Positions 9,194-19,420 of a DNA stretch of 38,000 nt are shown here, piece after piece. Origin of the DNA: a virus; IMG/VR virus record IMGVR_UViG_3300039008_000162, positions 1 to 38,000 of that record; one strand, written 5' to 3'. Position 1 is the first letter of the stretch. Each line of letters starts with the position of its first letter. Below the pieces are notes generated by a model, which saw nothing but the letters and a program-made list of their open reading frames with translations, did not search any database and was not told the DNA's origin. The position numbers were made by a program, and so were the translations under genes.

Positions 9194-10519
9194 CTAAAAT
9201 CGGGAATAGTGCAGTGTTGTTATGATATTGATTGAATTTGGTAACACAGCCCCGTCATGTGTTGAGATAGCGCAGGTAGGCAAGTCTTTAATTCCGCTTA
9301 AAGAAATTCTTACCGATTTATCAAGTTGTGAAACGGACTTGTCTGAGAACGTAATATTCGGTAAATCCGGTAATGCACCTGAAGGCACGGTGTCACCGTC
9401 AACAATATGCAGGAAGGTATTCATAATTTTAGGTTCTTGATAGTAGGAGTCATTATTTATCAGGGAAAATGTCTTATTTTTGTGCTTAGTAATTAGTTTA
9501 GGGTTAGTGAGTTTTAACGAACTTGCATTCATTTTTTTGTAAGAAGTAGAACCACCCGACGTATATGTCATAAACGTGTCTTCCCATCCTGCATATACCG
9601 TACCTTCAGTATCTACATGCATTGCGGTCATGCCATAGTTTGTATTTTCATTGAAATATTTTGATTGTTTTACCGTCATTGCATCTAGGTCAATAATGCA
9701 AAAGAAAGGGTATAGATATCCATTAACCTGACATTCTCCAATGTGCCCTCCAAGATACAGAAGATTACCAATGACTTTGTTTTTGTATAAAGCAGGTCTT
9801 TTATCATAAGAAGATACGGTTAGGGTAATGTGATAGATTTCTGCTTTTGCTGTTGAAGGGGTAAAACGGATAAGTACGGTGTAAGACTCTCCGCAAACGG
9901 TAAAAAATATCTTGTCATTATACAAAAACAGTGAGGGGATATCATCATAAGAAGTAACAATATCCTTTACAGGAAGCTTCCATGTTTTGCGTATCGTCAT
10001 AGTATTCAGGTCAAATTGAGTAAGGATAAAGCTAGGATGCGTATTGATTTCTGTTTTGCCCAATGCGTATAATTTATCTTTTACAACCAAGAGGCTAAAG
10101 GCTTGATCGTAATAACCTTCTGTTCCTACATATTTATGCCATGTAATCTCTAGCGTTTCTAAATTCACACGAAGTAACAGTCCATCAGGGGTTCTTGTTG
10201 ACGGAATAGAGGCATTTGCTGCAATGAATGCATTACCATTATGAAAGCAGATGTCGTGAAAATTAGAGTATGTTGAACCCTTCCCCGTCAATGTTGCAGT
10301 CTTGGCTTTAATAATTTGTCCAGTCTTTGCATCTTGGATTGCAAAAAAGAGTTGCAAAGTTGTAGCTCCACCGGGTTCAATACCGACAGTAAAAATAGTG
10401 TCAGTATCAGGACTGGCAGCTGATCTTTGACTCACATATCTCTTTTCTTTGCAAAGATGGTAACAGAAAAAAGATTCCTCATCCGAGTAGTCACATTGAG
10501 AACTGTATACTCTGACCAC
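9194..10519 (-). CDS. Putative receptor-binding/tail fiber protein, beta-propeller-like; AT-rich cassette
   Basis: 441 aa with a GTG start and GAGG SD. Contains repeated beta-strand-rich blocks. It is markedly more AT-rich than its flanks and is followed by a chaperone-like gene. Confidence 0.55.
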   Translation of the reverse strand: MVRVYSSQCDYSDEESFFCYHLCKEKRYVSQRSAASPDTDTIFTVGIEPGGATTLQLFFAIQDAKTGQIIKAKTATLTGKGSTYSNFHDICFHNGNAFIAANASIPSTRTPDGLLLRVNLETLEITWHKYVGTEGYYDQAFSLLVVKDKLYALGKTEINTHPSFILTQFDLNTMTIRKTWKLPVKDIVTSYDDIPSLFLYNDKIFFTVCGESYTVLIRFTPSTAKAEIYHITLTVSSYDKRPALYKNKVIGNLLYLGGHIGECQVNGYLYPFFCIIDLDAMTVKQSKYFNENTNYGMTAMHVDTEGTVYAGWEDTFMTYTSGGSTSYKKMNASSLKLTNPKLITKHKNKTFSLINNDSYYQEPKIMNTFLHIVDGDTVPSGALPDLPNITFSDKSVSQLDKSVRISLSGIKDLPTCAISTHDGAVLPNSINIITTLHYSRF

Positions 10520-11673
10520 TTTCGCACCTCATCGTAAAAACGGCTTTTTATTTCAACATCGCGTGAACTTCCGAAGAAAGGAAGAGTTATGGTGAGAAGT
10601 TTTGCTGGGTCAGTTTCAATATAGTTAAAAACTTCTGCTCCTTCGAAAGTCACTACGACTTGCGTTTTCGTATGTGCTGATGGAGAGCTAGGGTCAGTAA
10701 CAGCTTGTGCAAAGGTTATTGCCTGTCCGGCTACTTTGATTGTATCTCCGTCTTTGATGTTCGTACAAACAGGCGGTGCAATGAACTGCAAGACATCCGC
10801 AGTTGCAAGCCTTACCGCTTTAGAATCAAGAGACACTACCCCCTTGTCCGTTTCCTGATTGCAGAAAGCGTAATATGTCTTATTGGTTTGTAGTAGATGG
10901 ACTCTGATATTATGCTCCACCCCGTTCTCTTTGTGGACTGGGTACGCAATATTCTTCCCTTCTGCATCAGAGCACATCCAGAACGCTGTGCACTTCAATG
11001 TATCCTCAGGGGCATAGGCAAGGCGTGGTTCTGAAGCACGAAGGATACCCCCGTGGGTAACCGCCCCGTTTTGGTGAGAGATGATTGCGGGTGTTGCAAT
11101 GGTATCTGCTGCTAGCTTAACCTTTTTTTCCGCATGCTTCGCTTCTTGCGCTGCCAACGTTGCTTCATCACGAACTGCAAAGGTAGCATCACGGGCAGCA
11201 ACACACTTTGCTTTTGCATCAAGGCACAACACCTCTGATGCCTTGGATGCTTCTTGCGATGCCTGTGCCGCATTTCGTGCCTCTAGTGCTGTCTGCATCC
11301 GGTCAAGCATGAGCTTGCTCAAAGTTTCACCAGCAGAGCGAAGTTCATAGCGGTCTATCTCTAGAATTTTGTGTAGCTCGCAATCAAGATTCGGCACCAC
11401 ACCGTACAGCGTATCAGTCCGTCCGTCAGGGTGAATCACTCTGAAACGATATTCGCTCCCCTCCGTACCAAGCTCGTTGGGAAAGAGGTTCATAACCGCC
11501 ACGCCCTCGGCATCCGTGACCACTTCAAGCATATTCGGCACAACCAGTCCCTTATAACGTTCAAGGGATTCAAGCCGTGCTTCAATCTCTGCGCCCTCAA
11601 CGGGCTGCCCGTCCTGATCGTAGATAAGTGCGGTTACGGCAACGGTAGGTATGGTGCTCATAGCTATATCCAT
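10432..11673 (-). CDS. Tail fiber/adaptor-like structural protein
   Basis: N-terminal Ig/CarboxypepD_reg-like segment (ALIYDQDGQPVEGAEIEARLE) followed by an Ala-rich coiled coil. The 3' end overlaps the next gene by 88 nt. Confidence 0.55.
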   Translation of the reverse strand: MDIAMSTIPTVAVTALIYDQDGQPVEGAEIEARLESLERYKGLVVPNMLEVVTDAEGVAVMNLFPNELGTEGSEYRFRVIHPDGRTDTLYGVVPNLDCELHKILEIDRYELRSAGETLSKLMLDRMQTALEARNAAQASQEASKASEVLCLDAKAKCVAARDATFAVRDEATLAAQEAKHAEKKVKLAADTIATPAIISHQNGAVTHGGILRASEPRLAYAPEDTLKCTAFWMCSDAEGKNIAYPVHKENGVEHNIRVHLLQTNKTYYAFCNQETDKGVVSLDSKAVRLATADVLQFIAPPVCTNIKDGDTIKVAGQAITFAQAVTDPSSPSAHTKTQVVVTFEGAEVFNYIETDPAKLLTITLPFFGSSRDVEIKSRFYDEVRKWSEYTVLNVTTRMRNLFSVTIFAKKRDM

Positions 11674-12239
11674 CCCGGAGTCATAAAAAGAGTTTCAGAA
11701 GAGCCTGTAAATGCGACCTTGCCCTTTGCCTCGGCAATGTAATCATTAAACAGAGCAAGCTTGACCTGCGCCCCTGTCAAATCTTCCCATTCCCTGCCGC
11801 GCATGGATTTAAGTGATGCGATGGCACCATATGCAATGGCATCTGCCCAATCATCATACATCCCCTGCTGTAACCCTTCTGAAGATCGGGTAGGCTTGAG
11901 TGCTGCTGATATTTGCAACATATGGTCGTCTGGATACGTACGGTACAGGGTCAGCACATCTGAATCGGACGAATACTCTGTGCGCGGAATAGCGCGGCTG
12001 GCTGTCATGTCATACACACCAAGGATAGAGACTATCCGAGAACCACGCTCCGGCAGCAATTCAATTTGATTGCGACCAGCTTTTAGTTTTACGGGGTCAA
12101 GAGGCATACGCCATACGCCTGTTTCAGCAAAAAACTTTCCCGACGCTGAAATGATATGCCGACGCACCACCGCCTTTGGAGCCTCTGAGACTTCCGGCAA
12201 CACATCCGGCATAATCGTATCCCACTTTACTACACGCAT
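11664..12239 (-). CDS. Virion structural protein, unknown function
   Basis: 191-aa ORF in the head-tail connector region, tightly packed against its neighbours. Confidence 0.55.
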   Translation of the reverse strand: MRVVKWDTIMPDVLPEVSEAPKAVVRRHIISASGKFFAETGVWRMPLDPVKLKAGRNQIELLPERGSRIVSILGVYDMTASRAIPRTEYSSDSDVLTLYRTYPDDHMLQISAALKPTRSSEGLQQGMYDDWADAIAYGAIASLKSMRGREWEDLTGAQVKLALFNDYIAEAKGKVAFTGSSETLFMTPGWI

Positions 12240-12935
12240 CTATTCTGCCTCCTGCACTTGTACAGGGAAAAAGAGATCAGCTTTCAATTTGACACCAAGG
12301 GTCTGATAAAAAGCGGTCAGGTGATGCTGCGCCTTTGCTGCATTGGCATCGCCATTATCACCTGCAAAAATCTTGTAAAGCATCCAGTGAATAATCGCAC
12401 CGGAGTAGACTTCAGAAACGGGCAATGCATCGTCAGGGCTGGCAATGGCATCCGGTATAGCCGAATACGTCGCCTCAACCCATACGTCTTTGTCTTTTGC
12501 TACCGCTGGCAGCACGTAGTAGACCTGTGGGTTGGTCTTGGCATCATAGGCGTAGTTGTCGATTTCTATACCGTCTTTTGACCAGTCTGCTGTCTTCAGG
12601 GCATCACGGGCTGTTGCAAAAATGGGTTCTCCGGCTGTGTGCCCGTCTGAACCCATATTCTGTACAACTTCTAATAGCCGCAGCGCTTTTTTGCTAGATT
12701 GATGCAGCGCAGGGTCGGGGATGAGTTGCCGCGCCCCTGTCTCAAGTTTGATGGATTCCGTCACCGCAGTGGCATCCGGTCTGTTCATGGCAATTTCAAA
12801 CAGCGCAGAATTAAACAAATCCACAAGTGACACGTCCGATTCGTCTGCCTGCTTCTCCCAAGGCCAGCGGCGGGCATCTGGAATCATATCTTGTAAAATG
12901 GCAGACACCTGTAAGAACAGTTCGCGGGCTTTCAT
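12240..12935 (-). CDS. Virion structural protein (head-tail adaptor candidate)
   Basis: 231-aa ORF positioned two genes after the capsid gene. Confidence 0.55.
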   Translation of the reverse strand: MKARELFLQVSAILQDMIPDARRWPWEKQADESDVSLVDLFNSALFEIAMNRPDATAVTESIKLETGARQLIPDPALHQSSKKALRLLEVVQNMGSDGHTAGEPIFATARDALKTADWSKDGIEIDNYAYDAKTNPQVYYVLPAVAKDKDVWVEATYSAIPDAIASPDDALPVSEVYSGAIIHWMLYKIFAGDNGDANAAKAQHHLTAFYQTLGVKLKADLFFPVQVQEAE

Positions 12936-12937
12936 GC

Positions 12938-13336
12938 TTACACCAAGGCTCTTGCTTCTTCGATTTTCACTTTGATTTCATCTTTAGTATCATCATCAAT
13001 CACGGCAATACTAAAGAATAGCGCAATGTCTTTCAGTTCATCGCGGTTCAATGAAGACAAGCCCTTTGTCATGCAGTATTCACGGCGTGCATCTTCCGCA
13101 TTAAGCTGTGCTGCAACCGGATTAACTGCCTGCTGTAACACTGCCTGATGCGGTACAGGGTCAGGTGTTAAGCCTACGCTTTGGGCGCTGCTGGATGTTG
13201 CCATTGAGGCTGCAACAACAGGGTCTATAAGCTGACCGTTTGCATCGCATTCAACCATATCCTTTCTGGTCGCAAGAATGGGGTTATAGCTCACCACACG
13301 GCGGTTATTGATATTCAATAAAAATCGCTGAGACAT
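12938..13336 (-). CDS. Small head-associated protein, unknown function
   Basis: 132-aa ORF directly after the capsid terminator. Confidence 0.55.
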   Translation of the reverse strand: MSQRFLLNINNRRVVSYNPILATRKDMVECDANGQLIDPVVAASMATSSSAQSVGLTPDPVPHQAVLQQAVNPVAAQLNAEDARREYCMTKGLSSLNRDELKDIALFFSIAVIDDDTKDEIKVKIEEARALV

Positions 13337-13345
13337 GCTGTATCC

Positions 13346-13378
13346 TTTTTGAAAAGGGGAAGAGCTAGCCCTTCCCCC
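13346..13378 (-). terminator. Hairpin plus T-run downstream of the major capsid gene
   Basis: Stem GGGGAAG/CTTCCCC (13356..13362 / 13371..13377) is followed on the minus strand by TTTTCAAAAA. Leaky terminators of this type are common after capsid genes. Confidence 0.55.
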
Positions 13379-13386
13379 GTTATGTG

Positions 13387-14307
13387 TTACCCAAGGGTCA
13401 ATGCGGCATGACCAAAAGCATCTTTCTTAATCAGCTTAAAGCCATAGACCTGCAAACCACGCACGAGATCACCGAACTGATTCGGGTTACGCAAGGTTTC
13501 GTTCTTTGTGATCTGTGTAGCAAAGGTCAACGCAGACTTATGACCGAACACCACATTCACAGCTTTCTTCTTCTGGACAGTAAAGCGGCTCATGAGGTTG
13601 GACTGGTAGATGGTAAAGCGATCAACCATACCGATGCGCCCGTTACGGAGCATGGAGGTTCCGTCACCGGTTAAGGAAGCGTCTTTGAGTTCAGACTTTT
13701 TAATCAGCGCGGTATACCGAGGAGGGAGTACAACGTAACGGTTTGATTCCGGCACGTTCTGCTCATCAAGCACGGTTCCCATGTCAACCAGCAAGTCGAC
13801 AATGCTGTCCTTGGTCACTACCAGCGGAGCAGCAGCGGTTCCAAGGTTGATATCCTGCGAGTCTTTACCAGCAGTTGCACCAGCGTTATGTGCATCGGCA
13901 TCTGCGTAGATGTCTGCAAAGACGCGCTTATCGACTTTACTTTTCATCTGCTCAGAAGCATCTTCCGACCAGTTGTTCATGTAGTTCAGGTCAGACTGGC
14001 GGCTTTCCACATCGTCAATGTGAAAACCGAAATATGCGCCCTTATCAATAAGCAGTTCCACCTTGCCGCCCTGCGGATTGTCATACACAAGGTCTTGGCC
14101 TGCTTTGTAGTCACGGACTTCAATGTCCGGCACTGTGCGGATAATGACCTTATCGCCGTGCGCACTGATTTCGCCTTCGTAATCAGTATTAGCGATAGCT
14201 GCGATGGTGGATGCCGGGTAAAACTTTTCAATCAGTTTGCCCGACCAGATTGTTGGGATATACCCACCGGACATGCTCGGACGTCCGTCTACGACTGGAT
14301 ATGCCAT
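13387..14307 (-). CDS. Major capsid protein (P22-coat-like family)
   Basis: N-terminus GGYIPTIWSGKLIEKFYPASTIAAIANTDYEGEISAHGDKVIIRTVPD matches the IPEIWS...DYEGEI..GD.V.I signature. It follows the scaffold gene. Confidence 0.75.
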   Translation of the reverse strand: MAYPVVDGRPSMSGGYIPTIWSGKLIEKFYPASTIAAIANTDYEGEISAHGDKVIIRTVPDIEVRDYKAGQDLVYDNPQGGKVELLIDKGAYFGFHIDDVESRQSDLNYMNNWSEDASEQMKSKVDKRVFADIYADADAHNAGATAGKDSQDINLGTAAAPLVVTKDSIVDLLVDMGTVLDEQNVPESNRYVVLPPRYTALIKKSELKDASLTGDGTSMLRNGRIGMVDRFTIYQSNLMSRFTVQKKKAVNVVFGHKSALTFATQITKNETLRNPNQFGDLVRGLQVYGFKLIKKDAFGHAALTLG

Positions 14308-14340
14308 TGTATACCTGTCCTTATGTCAATGGAGAAGGGG

Positions 14341-15318
14341 CTACCCGTCTGAAAGAAAACGCCCTTCAGACTGAGCGGCAAACAAGTCCTTCTCCTGTTC
14401 CTCTAGTTCAGCCAGAGTAAAACGGCTTTGTCCCCGAGAGGCTTTGTCTTTTTCTGCATACAGTGTGTTTACGTCGCGGCTGGTCCAAACCCGCTTATCC
14501 CCTGTGTCGTTTCCGCCTGTAGTTTTAGGAGGAACCAATTGTTCACGAGGGTCAATGCGGGGCTGTGGCTCCGGCTGCGGAGTGTCCGCAGGCTGATGTG
14601 AGTCTGGCTGCTGGGCTGAAAGCGCTTTGGACGCTTCATACATGCTGTAGATAGACGCAATTCCCTGTGCATTCTTCTGCTGCATTTCCCGTTCTGCCTT
14701 TGCCCGCCATGTTTCCCCGCTCGGGGTATACTCTTCTAAAAAGCTATGCCACGCCGGATCATTGTTTTTCTGGCTCCAAAAATCAGGAATAAGCGCTTCG
14801 ACCTGTTCATTAAACAATCGCTGCGCCTCTTCTGCCTGCGCCTTTTCGTTTGCGGTGCGGCGTGCTTCATCAAGGGCGGTCAACTCCTGCACTTGCTGTG
14901 TGGCAGCCTGTGCTGACTCTGCAATCGCCACCATGTCGTCACCGTATTCCTGTCTAATGGTATCAACATCAAACGCTGGCTGCTGCTCTGAACGCTGAGC
15001 ACGTAGGTCATGAAGCGCCTGTAGCTCTGCCCGTGCTTCTCGAAGCTGGCGAGACAGTTCCGGCACTTCTGCACTGTACTTGCCCTGTAGGGTAGAAAGC
15101 GCCTGTTTGAGATGGGCGTTTTCTGCCTCAAGGGTATCCGTTTTACTCTGTTCCTCTGTTGCTGGCTGCTGGTTTTCCTGCGAGTTGGCCTGCTGCGCGG
15201 CAGAAGGAGGTGGAAGTGTCGCATCGTCTGCCTTATTCTGTGCATCGTTTAGCTTCTGAATAAGAGCGTCTGCGGCTTCGCCTTGCTGTTTCGCGCCTGT
15301 AGGTATCAATTCTTGCAT
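14341..15318 (-). CDS. Scaffolding protein
   Basis: Start at MQELIPTGAK with an AAGGAA SD. Strongly Q/E/A-rich and helical, located between portal and capsid. Confidence 0.65.
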   Translation of the reverse strand: MQELIPTGAKQQGEAADALIQKLNDAQNKADDATLPPPSAAQQANSQENQQPATEEQSKTDTLEAENAHLKQALSTLQGKYSAEVPELSRQLREARAELQALHDLRAQRSEQQPAFDVDTIRQEYGDDMVAIAESAQAATQQVQELTALDEARRTANEKAQAEEAQRLFNEQVEALIPDFWSQKNNDPAWHSFLEEYTPSGETWRAKAEREMQQKNAQGIASIYSMYEASKALSAQQPDSHQPADTPQPEPQPRIDPREQLVPPKTTGGNDTGDKRVWTSRDVNTLYAEKDKASRGQSRFTLAELEEQEKDLFAAQSEGRFLSDG

Positions 15319-15549
15319 CAGGTATTCCTTTTGTATTTGCGCTACTGCCCCAAGTGTCCTCAATTTCCTCAGAGGGCTTGCTGCATAGTATCCTCTCCTG
15401 CACAAGACAGGGCTATGCACCACGGCATGAATCAATGAAGGGCTTGGTGTCCGGTGTCTTTTGTCGTCCTAGCAAACTGCAAACCGTCCATACTGTGCGG
15501 GTACAACTCTGCTTACAACTTGCTCGAAGTTTCAAAAGGCCGGACATGG

Positions 15550-15816
15550 CTAATAGGGTGTTTCGCCATGAATTTGTGCCTCTTGCCGTTTTACGGTCTG
15601 GATACGTTCATGCGGAGTTTCAAGCGCCTCAAGTAGTTCAAGGTACGCCTGCGCCTTGCCTTGCAAGATGCGGATTTCCATCTCGTCTCCTGCTCGTACA
15701 AGATCGTCCTTACATGATGTAATCTCCCGCCGGATAACGTCACAAAGCACATTTCCGTCGGAAGCACCCTGCAATCTGCACAGCGCTTCCAGTTCAAATT
15801 TTTCCAATGATAACAT
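15550..15816 (-). CDS. Small protein of unknown function
   Basis: 88-aa ORF that starts immediately after the portal stop. Confidence 0.5.
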   Translation of the reverse strand: MLSLEKFELEALCRLQGASDGNVLCDVIRREITSCKDDLVRAGDEMEIRILQGKAQAYLELLEALETPHERIQTVKRQEAQIHGETPY

Positions 15817-17859
15817 CTAGACAACCTTCACGTCTTGACCACTGACAACTCTTCCTGAAGGGTCTACCTGATTTCCTTGGGAAAGTTGCTGTTGCGGCAT
15901 TTGTGATTCGAGAACCTGCGCGATACGCGCCCTGTTGTTTGTTCTGAGCAGTTCGTCCTTGCTCGGAATGATGCTGTCTTCTGCAAAGTCAAGCCCTTTC
16001 AAAACGTCGCGCAATATCTCAGCAAGTCCGTTATTTTCTTCTAAGAGCGCATACGCTTTATCGCTGGTCAGCAAGAGTTGCAGCAATTCCTGTCGTCTAA
16101 GCTGGTGAATCTCTTTTGCCACCAATGATTGTGAGCCACGGGCAACCACATAGAGGTCACACACCAGCTCTTTCTCCGGCTCGAACATAAGCAGCCATTC
16201 ATAGTTGCGGGTTATGGAAGGAACGATGGCGTCTGTATCAATAGATTTGACTACGCGCTTAATCCCTTTTGACGCTGACGCCATCATCATAGACATGCCG
16301 CCTACCGTGGAAAGTGCGCCAGTAGACTGCCCGATGCCGTATGCATAACGGGGGATACCGGACTTGTTGTCAGCTTCCGTTGAAAACTCTTTATATATAG
16401 TGATAAGCTGCGGTGCGATATTCGGTGGCACAAAGAAAGAGATCGGCACTCCTGCACTCTGTCCTGAGCCTGCCGACTGCCAGACTTTAAACGGCACAAC
16501 ACGCAGGTCCTCGCCTTTTGCCAGCCTGTTCATGTCAACAACTGCTTGTGGACCTGCTGCAAGCGCCATGTTCGCACAGGCTGCACGTACTGCGGTGTTA
16601 CATACGTCCTGCACATCCGCGATAAGTTCCGGGAGTCCCTTGCCCACCAAGGAACCAGCTATCTTATGGAATGAGGATGCGTAGTACGGAATACGTCCGA
16701 GCGGGTCAGGGTTCAGCACGGCTTTAATAACGTATTGCCCGATAAGCCACACTTCCACCTGACATTCTGCTGTTACGTCCTTGATTTGTTCACTGGAAAA
16801 GCCAAAGTCGATAAGGTGCTGTCCTGATACATTGCCCCAAAATTGCACCGCATCTATCTTTTTGTCCGGACTCATGTCATCGCGCTTGCGCCCTTCAAGA
16901 GATTCACGCAAGGAGTCCGCAAGAAAGTGCTCTTTGTAGCCAGATTGTCCATAATTTTCGAGCACTCTGCGAATAGCATTATCGTTGTAGCCCTTCACGC
17001 CGATCAATGCGTGCAGGTCACTACGGGACATGCGATGCCGTTCAATGACATATCCGTCTTCTAAGCGTGAAACATCCGGTGCCCAATAGACGTCTAAGGG
17101 GTTCGGTGCGGTTGTCTCGTGCACAAAGTGCTCTTCCGGCTTAGGAACGCGCCTACCCTGCTCATCAACGCCCCACACCAATTTCTTTTTACGCTTCACC
17201 ACAGGCGCTTTTAAAAAGGCAATAGGGTACGTGCAGAAGTAACAGATAAACTCAAGCATCGCCTCTTCCCACCTACCCGTAATCAGCGCATCCTCAAGAT
17301 GCCTTGATGTACGCTCACATCCGGTGTCAGACTCTTTTTTCAGCTCTTTTTCCACCACTGCGCGCAGGTTCTCCAATGCCTCTTTCACCTGTTCGGCGGT
17401 TATGTAATCACCCTGTTCGATGGCTTGCAGCGTCTCCTGCTTCACGCGGGCTGTAATCTTTTCAGTTATATCTGCGGGTAGATCAGGGACAGGTGAAGAC
17501 TTAATGCTCCACGGCTTTTCATTACCGGGAAACAGGATATCGATAATCCACGATTCAGCAGCAGTGCATTTTTCATCAGTAATCCCCATATATATTGGTG
17601 GGAATCCTGCCTGCTGGATTGCATTCAGCTTTGCGGCTGAATACTTACTGCTCCTGCGCTCAAGGCAATTGAGCATACGTAGTTCAAACGGATTCTTAGC
17701 GTCTTTAGCTGCCAGAAAGCATTTGCGTACGTATGCAGCAAGTCCGGTTATCCCTGCCTCTGCCTCTTTTTTGCGTTCCTGCGTTGCCCTGTGCTCTTCT
17801 GCCTGCACTTGTCTGATGGTGTCTTCGGTTCCCACCACCCTGATTAATCCATGTGACAT
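15817..17859 (-). CDS. Portal protein
   Basis: 680-aa ORF directly downstream of TerL and upstream of the scaffold/capsid genes. Called from size and position only. Confidence 0.6.
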   Translation of the reverse strand: MSHGLIRVVGTEDTIRQVQAEEHRATQERKKEAEAGITGLAAYVRKCFLAAKDAKNPFELRMLNCLERRSSKYSAAKLNAIQQAGFPPIYMGITDEKCTAAESWIIDILFPGNEKPWSIKSSPVPDLPADITEKITARVKQETLQAIEQGDYITAEQVKEALENLRAVVEKELKKESDTGCERTSRHLEDALITGRWEEAMLEFICYFCTYPIAFLKAPVVKRKKKLVWGVDEQGRRVPKPEEHFVHETTAPNPLDVYWAPDVSRLEDGYVIERHRMSRSDLHALIGVKGYNDNAIRRVLENYGQSGYKEHFLADSLRESLEGRKRDDMSPDKKIDAVQFWGNVSGQHLIDFGFSSEQIKDVTAECQVEVWLIGQYVIKAVLNPDPLGRIPYYASSFHKIAGSLVGKGLPELIADVQDVCNTAVRAACANMALAAGPQAVVDMNRLAKGEDLRVVPFKVWQSAGSGQSAGVPISFFVPPNIAPQLITIYKEFSTEADNKSGIPRYAYGIGQSTGALSTVGGMSMMMASASKGIKRVVKSIDTDAIVPSITRNYEWLLMFEPEKELVCDLYVVARGSQSLVAKEIHQLRRQELLQLLLTSDKAYALLEENNGLAEILRDVLKGLDFAEDSIIPSKDELLRTNNRARIAQVLESQMPQQQLSQGNQVDPSGRVVSGQDVKVV

Positions 17860-17860
17860 G

Positions 17861-19420
17861 CTAGCACCATCCTGATGTATCTGTTACTGGTTGCGGTTTG
17901 GCGTGTACTATTGTTCCACCGGACATCATTTCAAACCCCATAGCGAACGTCTGGAATGCGTCAGCACCGTTGGAGTTAATGTCATGCAGCGGGTGTGATT
18001 GATATGCCCCTGTGCGCGGATTGTATGCCTTGCGATAGTTCTTGAGACGATCAAGCCCCGTGGCACAATGCTCCTCATCAAACCAGCACTGTGGTAAAAT
18101 ACGGCGGGCAGCTTCAATGGAATCTCGCTTATCTTGAATACGGGGAACCGCTACAAAGCTAATCCCCTTTTCTGCTGCGGACTCTTTTCGAGTCTTACCT
18201 GTAGCCATCTCCTGCACTTCAATATCGTGCGGGGCATAATGCCCTCCATAGTTGTAGCCCTTCTCGCGCAGCTTATTTGCATAAAACCCAAGCCCTTCAT
18301 GATTATTCTCATAATAATCGATCACTCTAACTTCCCGCCCAACAAGCTGGACAAACCAGATCGCCATACAATCGTTCATGCCCAAATCCCAAAAGGTATA
18401 GGTCAGCGCTCCTTCCTGTACGGGAACCTTAGTGATCTGCCTGCGCTCGTAGAGCTTCATGAATTCTGTACGGAAGTAAGCGCCTTCGATAGATTTTTCA
18501 AAGGCTTCTTCAGGGGTGGCAGGGTATTCGCGCTTCATGTCTGCGCCAAGGTTCTGAGCCTTCAAGGCGTACCATGCTTTTTGTGCTGGATGCAGTCCGA
18601 TTTGATGCTTGGCGTTAAGCTCATCAAAATAGCCTGCCATGTCCTGCGGAATTGCTACGGGGTGTTGCTCTCTAATGACGTATTCAGGGTTCTTCCACCA
18701 AGGGAAAAAGAAAAACTTGTAATCCAGATGAGTCAGCTTTGCTTCCTGCCGCGCCAACTCCTGCCCCCGCTCGCAGTAATCGTAAAAATATCCCTGCTGC
18801 CCCTCTGCTGTTGACTCAATGGACACCATACCGTCTTGTGGGACAGCTTCGATTGCCCCCGTGACGATCTCCTTTGCCCGGTCAGGACGCTCTGCACAAA
18901 TTTTTCCGAACTCTGAAATATGCAAATACTGCAATGTACCGGAGCGAAATGAAGTACCCACTCGGATTGAAGAGCCGTTCTTAAACTCGAGCATCTTTGC
19001 CTGCGAACGCACGGTGGGAATGGCATCACGAATTGCAGGAGCCAACTGGTCATAGGCAAAAGTTATTTTATTAAAAATTGCTTCAGCCGCATCAAGGTCT
19101 TGGGCTATCAGTCCGCACTTTATGTTGTTTCCAAACAGCGCTGCATCAAGCTCAAGCATGGTCATAAAGGTGGTAAAGCCAAGCTGCCGCGCTTTTAAGA
19201 TGACGTTGCGAAACCACCGTTCATTATAAAATGTTTCTTGCGCCCAATTAAAACGAAACCGCACCACCTTGCCGTTTTTATCCTGAATCCAGTACAGGTT
19301 ATTTAAACGCCAGCGGCGATTGTCCAAACACTCCACAAACACTCTTTCCTGCTGCGCTTTGGGAAGAGCGGTAATGGACTCAATGAATGGAAACTGTTCT
19401 GCCGACTGCGCCTTAATCAT
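17861..19420 (-). CDS. terL: Terminase large subunit
   Basis: Walker-A-like ILKARQLGFTT and Walker-B-like GLIAQD. The C-terminal RNaseH-like nuclease has FWDLGMND and GGHYAPHD. Confidence 0.85.
   Translation of the reverse strand: MIKAQSAEQFPFIESITALPKAQQERVFVECLDNRRWRLNNLYWIQDKNGKVVRFRFNWAQETFYNERWFRNVILKARQLGFTTFMTMLELDAALFGNNIKCGLIAQDLDAAEAIFNKITFAYDQLAPAIRDAIPTVRSQAKMLEFKNGSSIRVGTSFRSGTLQYLHISEFGKICAERPDRAKEIVTGAIEAVPQDGMVSIESTAEGQQGYFYDYCERGQELARQEAKLTHLDYKFFFFPWWKNPEYVIREQHPVAIPQDMAGYFDELNAKHQIGLHPAQKAWYALKAQNLGADMKREYPATPEEAFEKSIEGAYFRTEFMKLYERRQITKVPVQEGALTYTFWDLGMNDCMAIWFVQLVGREVRVIDYYENNHEGLGFYANKLREKGYNYGGHYAPHDIEVQEMATGKTRKESAAEKGISFVAVPRIQDKRDSIEAARRILPQCWFDEEHCATGLDRLKNYRKAYNPRTGAYQSHPLHDINSNGADAFQTFAMGFEMMSGGTIVHAKPQPVTDTSGWC

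Noticed and set aside
15319-15549. The N-terminal extension of the scaffold ORF (to 15435) and plus-strand ORFs 15354..15722 and 15454..15636
   Set aside because: The extension (MIHAVVHSPVLCRRGYY...) is not protein-like and lacks an SD, whereas the internal ATG at 15318 has AAGGAA. The 230-nt gap is more likely an untranslated or regulatory spacer. I saw no convincing structure in it.
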